The position numbers were made by a program, and so were the translations under genes. A stretch of 64,000 bases of DNA from Macrostomum lignano (taxonomy: Eukaryota). How positions within the stretch are numbered: position 1 is the stretch's first letter; the number at the start of each line of letters is the position of its first letter. A model generated the notes under the pieces. It did no database searches. It was given only the letters and a program-made list of their open reading frames with translations, and was not told where the DNA came from. Below, piece after piece: positions 46,559 through 59,959 of this stretch. Location: NCBI GenBank assembly GCA_002269645.1, contig NIVC01002404.1, forward strand, positions 113,495 to 177,494. Direction: 5' to 3'.

Positions 46559-49500
46559 TAGTGAGATTCTTTATTGGTTAAGCATGAATTGGAAAAGTGT
46601 TCATTGAAATAATTTTTTAATAAAGCTAATAACGAGACAAAGTTTTGGTTTTAATGAAATCTACACTTTACTAAAGTGTAGAAATTCTAAAATCATTTTA
46701 ACTTGATATCTAAAAAATATTAAATACAATATGACTAGTCATAAATATTTTTCTGGATTGATTTAATTTATCAATTTCTAAGCTTTAAGTCAAGGGTCGT
46801 GATCTAGACAGGTCTTGCTTATTTTACTAATATGAAAAAGTTAGTCCTCTTTAGTTTTCAGTTTAACTTATATTATTTAGTTTTTTAATAATTTCCATTT
46901 AGTTAAGAAAAAAATACATTCTAATAAACATTTATGAGCATACAAGCATACAAACTTATTTATTGTATATCTAAATTCATACAACAATATTTAATATACA
47001 ATACAAGGTTTCTTACAAGGTTATATCTATTTCAATATAAGTATATCTACTTTATCTAATATAATTTTTATATTATACTCGTAGTTCTTATGGTTATTAT
47101 CCTTATATGCTACACGTACCTATTTGCCTATCTTTTGGAAGCCTAGCATAAGTATGACTATGATATTTTTCTAATTAAACATCAGTCTAACTGATGGGTT
47201 AGTCCTAGGCCTATTTATTTAGTTACAGCTATTAATATAAAAAGAGTAGGCCTATAGAAATTTGTTATCTAAATTTTTATACAATAATCTATATAAAAAA
47301 ACCTGAAATATTGATTAAACTCTAAGAGATAAATTTAACTTTGTGGAGTCTTGCTATTTTTTAATAATAGCAAGAGGGAAGGAAGTGTCTATTGTATGTG
47401 TAGGTCGAGCTAAACTATTGTAAAGGTATTGGTAGCGCAAAAATATTAGCAAACTGTAAGTAGCTAGATAAATAAAATACAATTTATGTTTATATTATAA
47501 ATAACAGCAACACCAGGTGCATATGGCCAGAAATTTCTTTTGGGGGGAATAAATTACTTTCACAATGGACATATACTTATTAAAAAAGCAAACTTCAAAA
47601 AATGGCTGTTTGGAGTGACACATACCCCATCCGATCCTCCTCCCTACACCCCTGACCCTGAACAGTAGAACACCACTATATAACCTAGAAAACTTAACAT
47701 ATGAATCTGTATAATTAAAGTATATTTTGCGACCTGGTTAGTCGAATATAGACAGAGAAAAGTTCGATTAAACTATATTTTACTTTGAACCAATAGATCC
47801 GGATCAACACGCAAATATTACATTCAGGATATCATTGGTATCGCGTACCGTACAGAATAGTTTAAATAGGAAGTATCGTGCATCAGTTAAAAAAGAAGGC
47901 GTAGCATAATATCGGATACAGAATACAGCATTAAATGTCTGAAAAATTAAAAGAAGTATGTATCTAACATTATCGCTGCTTTTTACAACCGCCTCTATAA
48001 ATATTAATTTTGCATAATCAGTAATTCAAGTAAGTATTGTTTTATGATACCACTTTTTTCGGCTTTATTAGCTGTTTTACTCTTCGATTCTGAATGTCTT
48101 TATTAATAGCATACAGTCTGTTTTGAAGGGACATACAGTCATACAGTTCGGGGCATTCAGCTTGGTATTCGTGACACAGCGCCCCCGATCAGTCTAATCC
48201 ACTCCCCTAGCTTACACAAGCATGCATGTTCCCCCACGCACTCGCGATGAACTGGATGATGTTCTGTCAGACAATTAATACGCAGGTGGAGCCAACGTCT
48301 ACTTCTCCACCCTTTTGAGTGCCCGAACTAACACTCGCAAACACTAACCAAAATACCATGGACTACTCAAGTAGAAGGACGGGAAACCTCGTTTCTTGAA
48401 AAATTTTAGGAAGCAGGTTTTCGGAAAAATACAGTTCGAGGAACCCTTTCTGTCTGACCACGCTTCATCGCCTTTAACATCGCGGTCACTAAGTCCCAGT
48501 CTTTGATTACCTGGAGGTGTAAAATCCGAAATACTGCAGATTAGACGCAGCCTAAAAGGCTACATGTACCTTTGATATATGCACCCTGCATGAATCGAAC
48601 TCAAGGTTGAAACCTGCGAGGAAGTCCATCAAATGGCCAAGACGCTTGAAGGGCTGCATCGCAGCCTGCCCTGTCTGTCCCTACAAAGACAAGACCGTGG
48701 TAGAACTCGGAGCTGGGGAATCTCAGGCGGAAGGCAAAAAGCCATCACCGAATTGATGCTATGAAAACCGGAATCCGGAGGGGCATGGAGCTTTTTCAAC
48801 AAGCCGCCCGCAACTCCATCTGAAGTGAGAAAGGCCAAGAAATGCAAGTGACACCGATTCTGCAATGAGTTGGATAAAAAAACCTACTTCTAGGCTTGTC
48901 AAGGCCCTTAATTACAATTGACAAAAATGTCCAAACTGCATGTAGTCATCATGATCAGAAAAAGATGATGGCTCTCTCAATATACTAAAACTGACGTGTT
49001 GTATGTATATCTGTATGACACTCATTCCCGGTCCTTAATAGAGGGATTCGCCAGTATTGATCTGCTCACATTTTCGGACAACGTTGACGTTCCCACGGTT
49101 TGCATGGCTTGAGACTCGTTTGAGCCGATAAATCAAACACTTTGGATACCGGTACTTGTCTTTTCTCCCGAACTTAAGGACGACAGGATCGTTAGCTCTT
49201 GAATTAACAGTTTTGTTTGCATACAGAAAAGGCTCGATAGCAGGACATTTTTAAATTTTCCAGTACAAACCACGTACTTTCGAATGTACTTTTAACAGTT
49301 ACAACAGAAAGATCCCCAGAACCATTTCGTAAACGTATTAGTTCTTAGAATTACAAAATAGTATGAGCATTCTTAGGCGTGATTTTGTAGCTTTTATGCA
49401 TAGCAGTGGTGAATAAAAGGAAAATTACAGAAAAAATGAGAAGTCTAGGGTGCATGGACTCAGGGCATTTGAGACCCTGTAAATAGAAACAATTGTCAAG

Positions 49501-49767
49501 GATTTTGTAAGTTTCAGACATTTGAATTGCGATCCCTGCTGACTTCATAGTTACAAATAAATCAAGTATGTATATCGTAAAACCCAATTTAACGTTATTC
49601 AAAAAGCGAATATTAGCGAGCTTTGTCTGGAGAACACAACAGTTTTTTTCCACATTGCCTGCTCCAAAAGCTCATTGTCAAACTTTAGATATGAGTGGTG
49701 AATGAGCCTATGCAAAACATAGCGTACTTGCTCGACTTCTAAAGCCTCAGTTGGCAATTGCAGTAGT

Positions 49768-52700
49768 TCATTTGGCTCGCCGAATTCTGGACACGAACAC
49801 GCCGCTAAGTACAAAGTACACCGCAGTCACGGAGAACAGGATGATGTAGCCAAGACCGGCGGCACAGTTCAGCCTCTCGAATGCGTCGAGAATGACCCCG
49901 CCAATTGGCACCGCCAGAGCCTGGGGCAGGACCAGCGCCTGAGGAAAGGGGGGATGCATTCAGGTTATCGAGTATGCAAATACTGGAATTGCATAGAGCA
50001 CGTATGCCCAATCGTCTAAAACTCTCTATGCGATTATTGAGCTTCGGCCATAGACAACTGCGAGTTTTGTCTCGCTTAATGAGGAAGAGGTAAGCTCGTA
50101 GATGCACAAGAAAATTCTCTATTGAACCCTCTATTTATGAGAACTAAAGGCGGCCATTTAAGAGTGACGAAGAAAATCGAGGAACCAACGAATAAAATTT
50201 TCATACATTCTTACTTATTCTCCAGACAAAACACACGGTTGGCTAGGGGTCACATTTCACTTAGCTACCTCCTAGTGGTTCTTAAAAATGTGTTTTTCAC
50301 GAAACATTTTGCAGGATCAGACAGATCAGCGCCCAACCTGCTGCCACACGGCAATGTCCCTAGACTTGTCGTTGTCATCCGGTAGCACGTCCATCAGCAG
50401 GGCGAAGTCCACGGCCTGGTAGGCCCCGAACGAGAATCCGAACACGACAGCCACCGCCGTGGCCACGTAGAAGGCCAGTTGGCCGCGGAGGCCGGCCAGC
50501 AAGGCCGAGCAGCAGCCCATCAGGACGGAGCCGGTCACGATCAGCGGCTTGCGACGGCCGATGCGGTCGGACAGGAGGCCGCAACATACGGAGCTGGCGG
50601 GGGGAGATCAGGGAGGGACACTACTGTCAATAGTAGTAGGCCTAATTTTTCTACCTAAGACATTGACTCAAACCAAGGATGACTTACGTACATGTACTTA
50701 AGTACAGGTGCTTTAATTTTATAAAGCAGTAACAAGTCGTTTTTTATTCTCTGATCTGGCATCTTTTTAACACGACTTGCTTGTTTTATTGCTTCCATGT
50801 GTTTTTTAATTTATGAACACTTTAGGATAAAATACATGATTTTGATTTGGTTCCTTCATTGAACCAGAGAACAGGGGTTGTAGTCTGCTGGTTAGAGCAT
50901 TGGACTCATGTCTAAAAGTTCGGGAGTTCGATTCTTGATCCCACTAGAACAATTTGTGTCCTTGAGCAAGACACTTAACTCTGCATTGCTTCAGTTCACC
51001 CAGCTGTAAAATGGGTGCCAGCATTAGCTGGGGTAATTGAGGGTGTGGGTGGTGACCTCCCAGTCTTTGGACTGAACAGCCGTAAGCAGCCTTCAGATGC
51101 GCCGCGCAATAGGTGCGGCTGAGCTGTCGGTTGCACATCTGGCCATTAAGGCAGGTGTAATAAATTATATTCAAAATATCTCCTAATTCTTCCTAACTTC
51201 CTCAATAAATTCTTCATTTACACGATGAAAAATCTTATAAAACCAAATAAGCAGGGAAAAGCATTTTACCTGCTTCCAAAAAACACAAAGCGTTATTTTT
51301 ATGCATGAAAATGAAATTTTCTGTATTTTTTGAGTATATCAAGCTTTCAACGATTTATTAAGAAATGAGGTCGATCTTAGTACAAGCCTAACTGGCCTCT
51401 ACATCGGGGGCCGGCCGAGAGCAGACCATTAAAGATAACTTACCAGATAACTGATTTATGATTTATGACTTACGACAAGGCTGCGGTGACCAGTAACGGA
51501 ATCAGCAGCATGGAGACGCCTTTGGTGGGGTTCCAGCACTGCGGCAGGTTGACCATGTCCGCCAGCCAGTACTCCAGGAAGCTGCGGGGTAGCAGTGTAG
51601 CGTGGCGTTTAGAAAGTTCAAAATCAAAGTCAATTTAAACAAAGTTGCCTACAATTGGAAATAAAGCATGTAGTTGGATGTTGGATGTTTTCAAGTTTAT
51701 CTAAATTTTCATTTTCACGGTTTTCAAGTCATTCTGCTACGAGTATCCTTCTCGTGTAGCCTAAACTAACTACATGAAATATACAAAGCGCTATATACGA
51801 GCGTACGTGTGTCGTATTAATTAACACCCGTTCCCATGTTCGAATTTTATATTAGTCGTAAGCAAGCTGCAACGTACCCCACGGTGGTTGACAATCCTTG
51901 TTGCATTAGGAAGCGCGTAATGAAGACCCATCGAAAGTCTGGCTCTGAATATTAAAAAAATGCGCAACAAGTTGTTAAGCCTGTATAGTCTCGGTAATTA
52001 TTTCTTTATTTCTTACCCTCCAGAGGTAACCAGAAGCCGACGAGCACGTCTTTGCAACCTAAAATTTAGAGCAATAAGGTTTCAACTCACTACTCATCCA
52101 GCAGTAGCAATTTCCCTAATTCGCACAGAACTCACGCAACGGCTCGTGGAAATCTTTCGACGGAGGCTCGTCGACTGACAGTACAGTGATGGCGACGCAC
52201 AGAACCAGGATGCAGATGATTATAAAGTAGATTCGGACAACGCCCAGGGACTAAAATTGTGTTAAAATTTCTTGGTTAATTCGTAGCAAATCGGAGGTGA
52301 CTGTGAGCACTCACAGTTAGAAATATTCCGATAGCAGCTCCGGAGATGTTGCCTAACAAAATCATTCCACCCATCACGCCAGAGCTGAGGCCTGTAGAAG
52401 TGAAGATAAGATTCGTGGGACATTGTAAGTGTTACACTGGTAAAGTTACTTACAAACTGTAAAACCCTGATTAGGCTCGTTAATTTATCAGTTTAAATCA
52501 ATCAAATCAAAAGACGAATGCACGAACGCCAGTTGCGTGCGAAAGAAAAATCTGACATCAATCGATGGCTTGATTGATGATTTCTGGATACTTTTGCTTA
52601 CCTCTCTGCGACGGGTGGGCCAAGTCCGCTATCAGCGCATTGTACGGAGTGATGGCGCACACGTAGGACACTGTGACCACGAAATAGAACGGTATAAAAA

Positions 52701-55700
52701 GACCTAAAAATTGGTGGAATAATTTCAATTACGATTTATCATTTAGATTCCTGTTTAAAAGAGCATCTGCAGACTATAAGAGCGGGGAAGCAGAGTAGAT
52801 CAGTTTTGACGCGTCTTACTCTACACCAAAATAATCTTACATAGTGTACTTGGGTTCAATTCCCGTCCGCAGCCATGCGATTCACACCTGAGGTCCAACC
52901 CTGCCACTCACCCAAACTTCCACTCAGCGTGTTGTCATCCACATCGACACTGGCGTCTTTGGCGTCCAACGACAGCTTCTTCTCGTGGAAGTCTTTCAGG
53001 TACGGATTCTGATATGACCCGTTGCCTTGGTAGTAAGGTCTGCACCTGGCAGCCACCAAGTCAACATTGCACTGCGGTTAAAGTTGAAATGGTCCATTGT
53101 AGAATGATGACACGAATATTTAAGACAAAATTCTCAATAATTTTTTTCTTAATTTTATGAGAAAACTAACCATTCCGTTTTCGTCCAAATTTTGACTTCC
53201 GTTCGTGCCCACAGAGATCTTTTTGCTGAAATTCGGAAGCCAAATTCAATACTGTTTTATTGCTTTTTAACGTTTTATACACAGAAAGTACTAGTAATGG
53301 TGTACTTACAAGTGAACTTGTGGCGCGCTAAACGCCATGCCAAGTAGACCGATACTGAAATAATCATTTTGTGACTGTTGCTATTAATCTCTGTTACTAG
53401 CATAAAACTATTTTTTTCCGGCAATGTGTCCGAGCAGCCTATAAGACGGTTGTTTTTTGCTTTTGTACCTCGTTCGCACATGGGTTCAATACTGTGTGCA
53501 ATTTTGTGCAAGGACACTACTTTTCACGTCCTTATGAGCTATGAGTCACCCTCCCTAGACAGATACAGTGTGTGTATGTACGAGCGTACGAGCACTGCCC
53601 TGATGATTATAAAGTCAGAGGCTGCCGTCCACCTTATTTGTGCGTGTGTACTTGTGCAAGTATCCGAGTGCTTGTGAGTGTTTAGGGAATTCTTAGCTCG
53701 TAATAACCTTAAAGGTCAAAGGATCAACTCTGAAGCATCACTTATCGTTCAGACTGCAAAGATCTTTTAATTTCTTCTGATCTCTTTGGCAATAACGTGG
53801 CAGTGACGTCAGCCCCATCTTACCACAAGCACAGAGTTGACACAACCATGATGGGACGCCGTCTGCCGAACCGGGTGGCCAGTCGGTCACTTTTCATTCC
53901 GACCAGAGGGCCGCAGAGCAGCGTTAGAAGGGCGCCGCCGGCCACCATGCCGCCAAGGACGCTGCCTTTGCTGCCTGAGCCGACCATCGACTGCACCTGC
54001 GCTGGGATCACTGCAGCGTTTTGATGAAGTTCAAAGGAATTTCTTCGATTATTTTTTCATTGCCTGGAAACCTAATTTTTCTATATTAGCCCGCATAGTT
54101 GTTCCTTTAGCATCTGATTCTACTGCGGTGCAATATTGTGTCTAACAAGCCTCGTGCCGTCTGCTTCTTTCCTTTATCTGATTTTGTTTAATATATTTCT
54201 GTGTTTGTCTGTTTTACATCTGCTTGTGTCCAGTTAGCTTCGTGAAGTCTGTGTCTTTTTTACATCTGCTTGTGTCCAGTTAGCTTCATGGTGTCTGTGT
54301 CTTTTTTACACATGCTTGTGTCCAGTTAGCTTCATGGTGTCTGTGTCTTTTTTACATCTGCTTGTGTCCAGTTAGCTTCGTGAAGTCTGTGTCTTTTTTA
54401 CATCTGCTTGTGTCCAGTTAGCTTCGTGGTGTCTGTGTCTTTTTTACACATGCTTGTGGCCAGTTAGCTTCGTGGTGTCTGTCTTTTTTACACATGCTTG
54501 TGGCCAGTTAGCTTCGTGGTGTCTGTCTTTTTTACACCTGCTTGTGGCCAGTTAGCTTCGTGGTGTCTGTGTCTTTTTTACATCTGCTTGTGTCCAGTTA
54601 GCTTCGTGAAGTCTGTGTCTTTTTTACATCTGCTTGTGTCCAGTTAGCTTCGTGGTGTCTGTGTCTTTTTTACACATGCTTGTGGCCAGTTAGCTTCGTG
54701 GTGTCTGTCTTTTTTACACATGCTTGTGTCCAGTTAGCTTCGTGAAGTCTGTGTCTTTTTTACATCTGCTTGTGTCCAGTTAGCTTCATGGTGTCTGTGT
54801 CTTTTTTACACATGCTTGTGTCCAGTTAGCTTCATGGTGTCTGTGTCTTTTTTACATCTGCTTGTGTCCAGTTAGCTTCGTGAAGTCTGTGTCTTTTTTA
54901 CATCTGCTTGTGTCCAGTTAGCTTCGTGGTGTCTGTGTCTTTTTTACACATGCTTGTGGCCAGTTAGCTTCGTGGTGTTTGTCTTTTTTACACATGCTTG
55001 TGGCCAGTTAGCTTCGTGGTGTCTGTCTTTTTTACACCTGCTTGTGGCCAGTTAGCTTCGTGGTGTCTGTGTCTTTTTTACATCTGCTTGTGTCCAGTTA
55101 GCTTCGTGAAGTCTGTGTCTTTTTTACATCTGCTTGTGTCCAGTTAGCTTCGTGGTGTCTGTGTCTTTTTTACACATGCTTGTGGCCAGTTAGCTTCGTG
55201 GTGTCTGTCTTTTTTACACATGCTTGTGTCCAGTTAGCTTCGTGAAGTCTGTGTCTTTTTTACATCTGCTTGTGTCCAGTTGGCTTCATGGTGTCTGTGT
55301 CTTTTTTACACATGCTTGTGGCCAGTTAGCTTCGTGGTGTCTGTCTTTTTTACACATGCTTGTGGCCAGTTAGCTTCGTGGTGTCTGTCTTTTTTACACC
55401 TGCTTGTGGCCAGTTAGCTTCGTGGTGTCTGTGTCTTTTTTACATCTGCTTGTGTCCAGTTAGCTTCGTGAAGTCTGTGTCTTTTTTACATCTGCTTGTG
55501 TCCAGTTAGCTTCGTGGTGTCTGTGTCTTTTTTACACATGCTTGTGTCCAGTTAGCTTCGTGGTGTCTGTGTCTTTTTTACATCTGCTTGTGTCCAGTTA
55601 GCTTCGTGAAGTCTGTGTCTTTTTTACATCTGCTTGTGTCCAGTTAGCTTCGTGGTGTCTGTGTCTTTTTTACACATGCTTGTGTCCAGTTAGCTTCGTG

Positions 55701-56740
55701 GTGTCTGTCTTTTTTACATCTGCTTGTGTCCAGTTAGCTTCGTGGTGTCTGTGTCCTTTTTACATCTGCTTGTGTCCAGTTAGCTTCGTGGTGTCTGTGT
55801 CTTTTTTACATCTGCTTGTTTCCAGTTAGCTTCGTGGTGTCTGTGTCTTTTTTACATCTGCTTGTTTCCAGTTAGCTTCGTGGTGTCTGTGTCTTTTTTA
55901 CATCTGCTTGTTTCCAGTTAGCTTCGTGGTGTCTGTGTCTTTTTTACATCTGCTTGTGTCCAGTTAGCTTCGTGGTGTCTGTGTCTTTTTTACATCGGAC
56001 TGTGTCCAGTTAGCTTCGTGGGGTCTGTGTCCTTTTTACATCGGACTGTGTCCAGTTAGCTTCGTGGTGTCTGTGTCCTTTTTACATCGGACTGTATCCA
56101 GTTAGCTTCGTGGGGTCTGTGTCCTTTTTACATCGGACTGTGTCCAGTTAGCTTCGTGGTGTCTGTGTCCTTTTTACATCGGACTGTGTCCAGTTAGCTT
56201 CGTGGTGTCTGTGTCCTTTTTACATCGGACTGTGTCCAGTAGCTACGTGGTGTCCACTATTTGTGTATTTTTATAGTTGATTGTTGCGGGTCTCTGGTTT
56301 AGTGGATCTGGTAGATTGTACTGTCTTGGAACGTAGTATACTTCAAGTTCTGACTGCAGCAAAAACTCTTTTACCTTCAACGGACAGCAGCAGGAACATG
56401 AGGTTCAACCCCAGAAAGGAGATGTTCAGCGGCAGAATCAGGCGCTTTGGCATCGGCTGAGTTGGTCGGCCACCTTCGAACTGAAATTCGTTGCCGTCAT
56501 CGTCAGGGTCGGGGTACGAGGGTTCAGCAGCGGAGTCTGCCACAGCGGAGGTTCTGAAAGAAGGCGCATAAAAGCGGACTCAATAGTCTCTGGTAAAACC
56601 ATCAGCTCAAGACCTTCCTATGGTCACCTTCGCTCCTCTGTGTACTTCTCAGGCTGCTGGGCACCTCTGACCTGCAGCTGATGTCGCTCATCGTCTCCCT
56701 CAGTTCGAGACTCGCCACTGACGGCATTCGATAGCTGCAT
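49768..56740 (-). CDS. Major facilitator superfamily transporter (SLC45/sucrose-transporter-like, bacterial-type). 14 exons: 56628-56740, 56375-56553, 53824-54010, 53310-53354, 53171-53225, 52888-53071, 52602-52703, 52315-52391, 52136-52250, 52017-52058, 51878-51944, 51474-51581, 50338-50593, 49768-49938; ~566 aa
   Basis: MFS motif A occurs twice (GMKSDRLATRFGRRRP; GLLSDRIGRRKP). Also PYNALIADLAHPSQRG, PDFRWVFITRFLMQQG and AYQAVDFALLMDVLP...DIAVWQQALVLPQ. All junctions are GT-AG with consistent phases (1701 nt). Confidence 0.9.
50874..51165 (+). mobile_element. tRNA-derived SINE, copy D (full length, in an MFS intron)
   Basis: Pol III A-box-like TAGTCTGCTGG and B-box GTTCGATTC. Central domain GTGTCCTTGAGCAAGACACTTAAC...CACCCAGCTGTAAAATGGGT resembles the conserved cores of V/Meta-type SINEs. 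AT-rich tail. Confidence 0.85.
54220..56240. repeat. 46-bp satellite (~2 kb) in MFS intron 2
   Basis: Unit TGCTTGTGTCCAGTTAGCTTCGTGGTGTCTGTGTCTTTTTTACATC, with 44-bp variants. Confidence 0.98.
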
Positions 56741-57448
56741 ACTCTGGGACTTAATTGTTGGCAAAACAATTATTTCAAAAGCGGATTTTCTTCTTTTGCA
56801 GAAATTTTTCTATTTGACGCAAAGAATCCCACCAGTTTTATTGTATCTCGGTTTTTTCTGCGTCCCACCCCCCCCCCCCCCGGATAAGGGATCGGACATG
56901 CAAATGGGGATTGCGGGGATTAAATCTTCTTCCGCTGTTGCCGCGTTCTCCCCTCTTGTTCTCCCAGCCCCAACCCCCTTTCTCCCACGCAGAGACGCAT
57001 AAAATTTCTGCTCTCACTGCTTCACTGCCTCCTTGCTTTTTGCTAGCAATTTTGCTGGGGGCGAGGGAAACCCCGGAAGAAGGGAAGGCTGAGGAAGAGA
57101 AATCCGGATTTTGAGAAGTCCCCAAGACTGCTCAAGAGCTGAGCTGGCAGAAATCTATCCTACTGTAGTATGGCAACGGCATGACTTAATTCCGAATAAT
57201 TTTAACCCAGCCCTTCCTAAATGCAATCTGCTTTTTAGGATTACATTTACTTTGTGATGGCTTAATGGGAGACCTCGTGTCGACAATTCTTCTAAATAAA
57301 TTAAAAATAGTAAAATTCTTGGCCAGATTTTATTTTTGATTTCGTTAGAGTTTTTAATGCTTGAATTACAAGTAATTTAGCATCGTTTTAACAAGTGTGC
57401 AAACATTTGTTAAATAGAAATCAGCGAAGACATCATTGAAGCCTGTTG

Positions 57449-59649
57449 TTAATGATCTGTTCCACTCTGAAACTGCCGTGCCTGCGACCGAGGCACGCTG
57501 GCCATCAGCGACGGCAGCTGGTCGTACAGCCGGTCGATCTCTCCTCGATCGAGGCTCACCATCGAGTTGTTGTGCGCTTGGCGCAGCTGCTGCTGCCGCT
57601 GCGACCCAGTCGGAGATTTTGTTGACGTCTCCGTTGATCTCGTCAGACGGAGGTCGCGCAGCTTCCTGCTGACGCTGCCCCGATAGACTCGACCAGCTGT
57701 TGGTTGCGGCTCGGGCTCGAACTGCTGCGGCTGCTCATGGAGCTGCTGATTCTGGAATTGCAGAGTGCCGGTGGCGTGAGCGCTGCGGTACAGGTGCACA
57801 TCGCGACTGACTGACATGGTGCCGCCGGCTGTCTCGGGCCCGTCAGGTCCCTGCTGCCTGGAGGCGGCCCTGGATGCCAGGTAGGCTCGGTCCAGCTGCA
57901 CCAGCGGCTGCTGTCCGGACGACTGACCGCCAACCATGGCCGCGCGTCGGGGCGGCGGCCTCCGCTTCATTGCGGCGGCGTCCGACCGGGCGCGCAGGAG
58001 TAGCAGGTGCTCGGCGTTGAGTCGGCTGGACTCAAGAACTTGCTGCAGGCGGCCGCTGCAGGCAGGCAGGGAGGGCAGGGAGAGCTGCGAGTCCGGGTGC
58101 GCGAACTCGGATCGGCGGATGCGCAGGGGGCTGAAGTAGACGTTGCCATGGTAACCAGCCCAGGCCTGCGGGAACGCCATTTAAGTCAGTAGAATAAATA
58201 TGGATAAAAAAGTCTTCAGCACTTTCAATCTAAGCGTGAATGTTTGAGTACTAACGAACGTCACGAACGTAACGAACCATAGTCCTTATGCATGTGCAAA
58301 TTCTGCTTCCGTTTTGTGTGAGCATACTAAACAACCGTAATTCAAAAGCACTGGCACAGAAGAAGTGCAATTTCTGCGCACACTTTTGGGTGCAATTGAG
58401 TCAGTGACAATTCTGAACTGACATACAACTTGAAAAGTAGACCGAATATTTTGCCAATTCTCCCCTTTCCTAAGTCACCTTCAGTGGAGTCATGGGCCTT
58501 GGCCGTTTCTGACGGATATAAAACACTCTCGGGCCACCAAATCCTGGCGGTGGATCGTCCGCGGGATCGCCTCCGCCGCTGCGTTGTCTCTGCCAGTTGG
58601 GCGAAACCAGCGGGTTCGTCACGCAACGAGCAGCGACCAGGTTCACCGCCTGCTCGTAGCAATTCCGACGCATGGTGGTGTTTGCCGTCTGCTGAGACGG
58701 TCTGAAAGTCGAGTTGGGCGTTAGGAAGTTGGTTTTGGTCGGAGTTGCAGCTGCTGTTCAGTGTTAAACTAGGATAGAAGCTGAGTGTCATTTTAGAATT
58801 GGAGCTGTTGCTGAGTGTCATTTTAGGATTGGAGCTGTTTCTGAGTGTCATTTTAGGATTGGAGCTGTTGCTGAGTGTCATTTTAGGATTGGAGCTGTTG
58901 CTGAGTGTCAAGTTGGGATTGGAGCTGTTGCTGAGTGTCAAGTTGGGATTGGAGCTGTTGCTGAGTGTCATTTTAGGATTGGAGCTGTTGCTGAGTGTCA
59001 TTTTAGGATTGGAGCTGTTTCTGAGTGTCATTTTAGGATTGGAGCTGTTGCTGAGTGTCAAGTTGGGATTGGAGCTGTTGCTGAGTGTCAAGTTGGGATT
59101 GGAGCTGTTGCTGAGTGTCATTTTAGGATTGGAGCTGTTGCTGAGTGTCAAGTTGGGATTGGAGCTAAATGTAAACCCACAGTTCCCTCTACCAACCCCC
59201 AAATCAAACCTGCTAACGCCAGGCCGCTTAGAGAAAACTGTACACGGTGTCGTTGGCGTGTTGGCTGGCTGACTTCTTGCCAGGAGCTCCCGATCAGCGG
59301 GTTGCAGCGCTGGAGACTCAATGTTCTCCTGCGAAGGTGTGTGCATCATCGGCGGCGGTGGCGGAGAAGTAGTCAGCGACGTGAATTCCTGTGGAGTTGA
59401 TGGCGCTGGCAGACGCTGTTCAGTAGCGTCGGTTGTCTCGACACCACCGACATCAACGTTGGCCTCCTCCTCATCGACCGAGGGGGCCGGTGCTGGCGTT
59501 GGCGCTCGGTCGGGCTCGGCTGGCTCGACGCCACCGCCCCGAACGCCGGGATCGCTTCTGGCGCTGCCGCCAGTGCCCGGCCTGACTTCATCGGCGACTG
59601 TGTTGAAATCGTTGACCTGTCGCCTTCCGGCGGCGGCTGAGTTCAGCAT
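57449..59649 (-). CDS. Uncharacterised, largely low-complexity protein; probable exons 59210-59649, 58479-58701, 57449-58165; ~459 aa
   Basis: GC-rich ORF segments joined by phase-compatible GT-AG sites (AG|GTTTGA...TTTCAG|A; AAG|GTGACT...CCGCAG|GCC). One conserved-looking island PMTPLKAWAGYHGNVYFSPLRIRRSEF. The start codon and first donor are uncertain. Confidence 0.6.
58790..59166. repeat. 30-bp minisatellite in the probable intron 1 of the orphan gene
   Basis: Unit GGAGCTGTTGCTGAGTGTCATTTTAGGATT or ...CAAGTTGGGATT, about 12 copies. Confidence 0.96.
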
Positions 59650-59899
59650 GCTTTCTGGAACTGTTGCTGCCGCTGTGGCTGCTGTTGCTCTATTGTATGT
59701 CTCTTTTAGCAGTGCAGGGAGGGGGCTGGCATCTTTTTTACTGCAGACGATGCCCCGTTACAGTTGCTTAACAAAATGGTAGTTGGAAGTGGCGAAGGGG
59801 TGGCGGTCTGTGCCCGCGAGATCGCACAGCTGCGTTTCGCCGTCTGTCTCTGTAGTTCAAGAGAATGCGAGGCCTCAACTGAAAGTGGCTGTCTCCAAG

Positions 59900-59913
59900 A
59901 GAGAGAGAGAGAG

Positions 59914-59953
<40 letters not shown>
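59900..59953. repeat. (GA)n microsatellite upstream of the orphan gene
   Basis: Direct reading of the sequence. Confidence 0.95.

Positions 59954-59959
<6 letters not shown>

Noticed and set aside
48600-48760. KDKTVVELGAG (SAM-binding motif I-like) and WGISGGRQKAI (non-LTR endonuclease-like) peptides
   Set aside because: They are short, lie in different frames, are bounded by stops and have no supporting flanking motifs or exon structure. This could be a decayed element but cannot be supported.
50874-50945. tRNA gene candidates (also about 3720-3786, 35975-36047, 42555-42626)
   Set aside because: They are degenerate tRNA-like heads attached to a common SINE body, not canonical cloverleaves.
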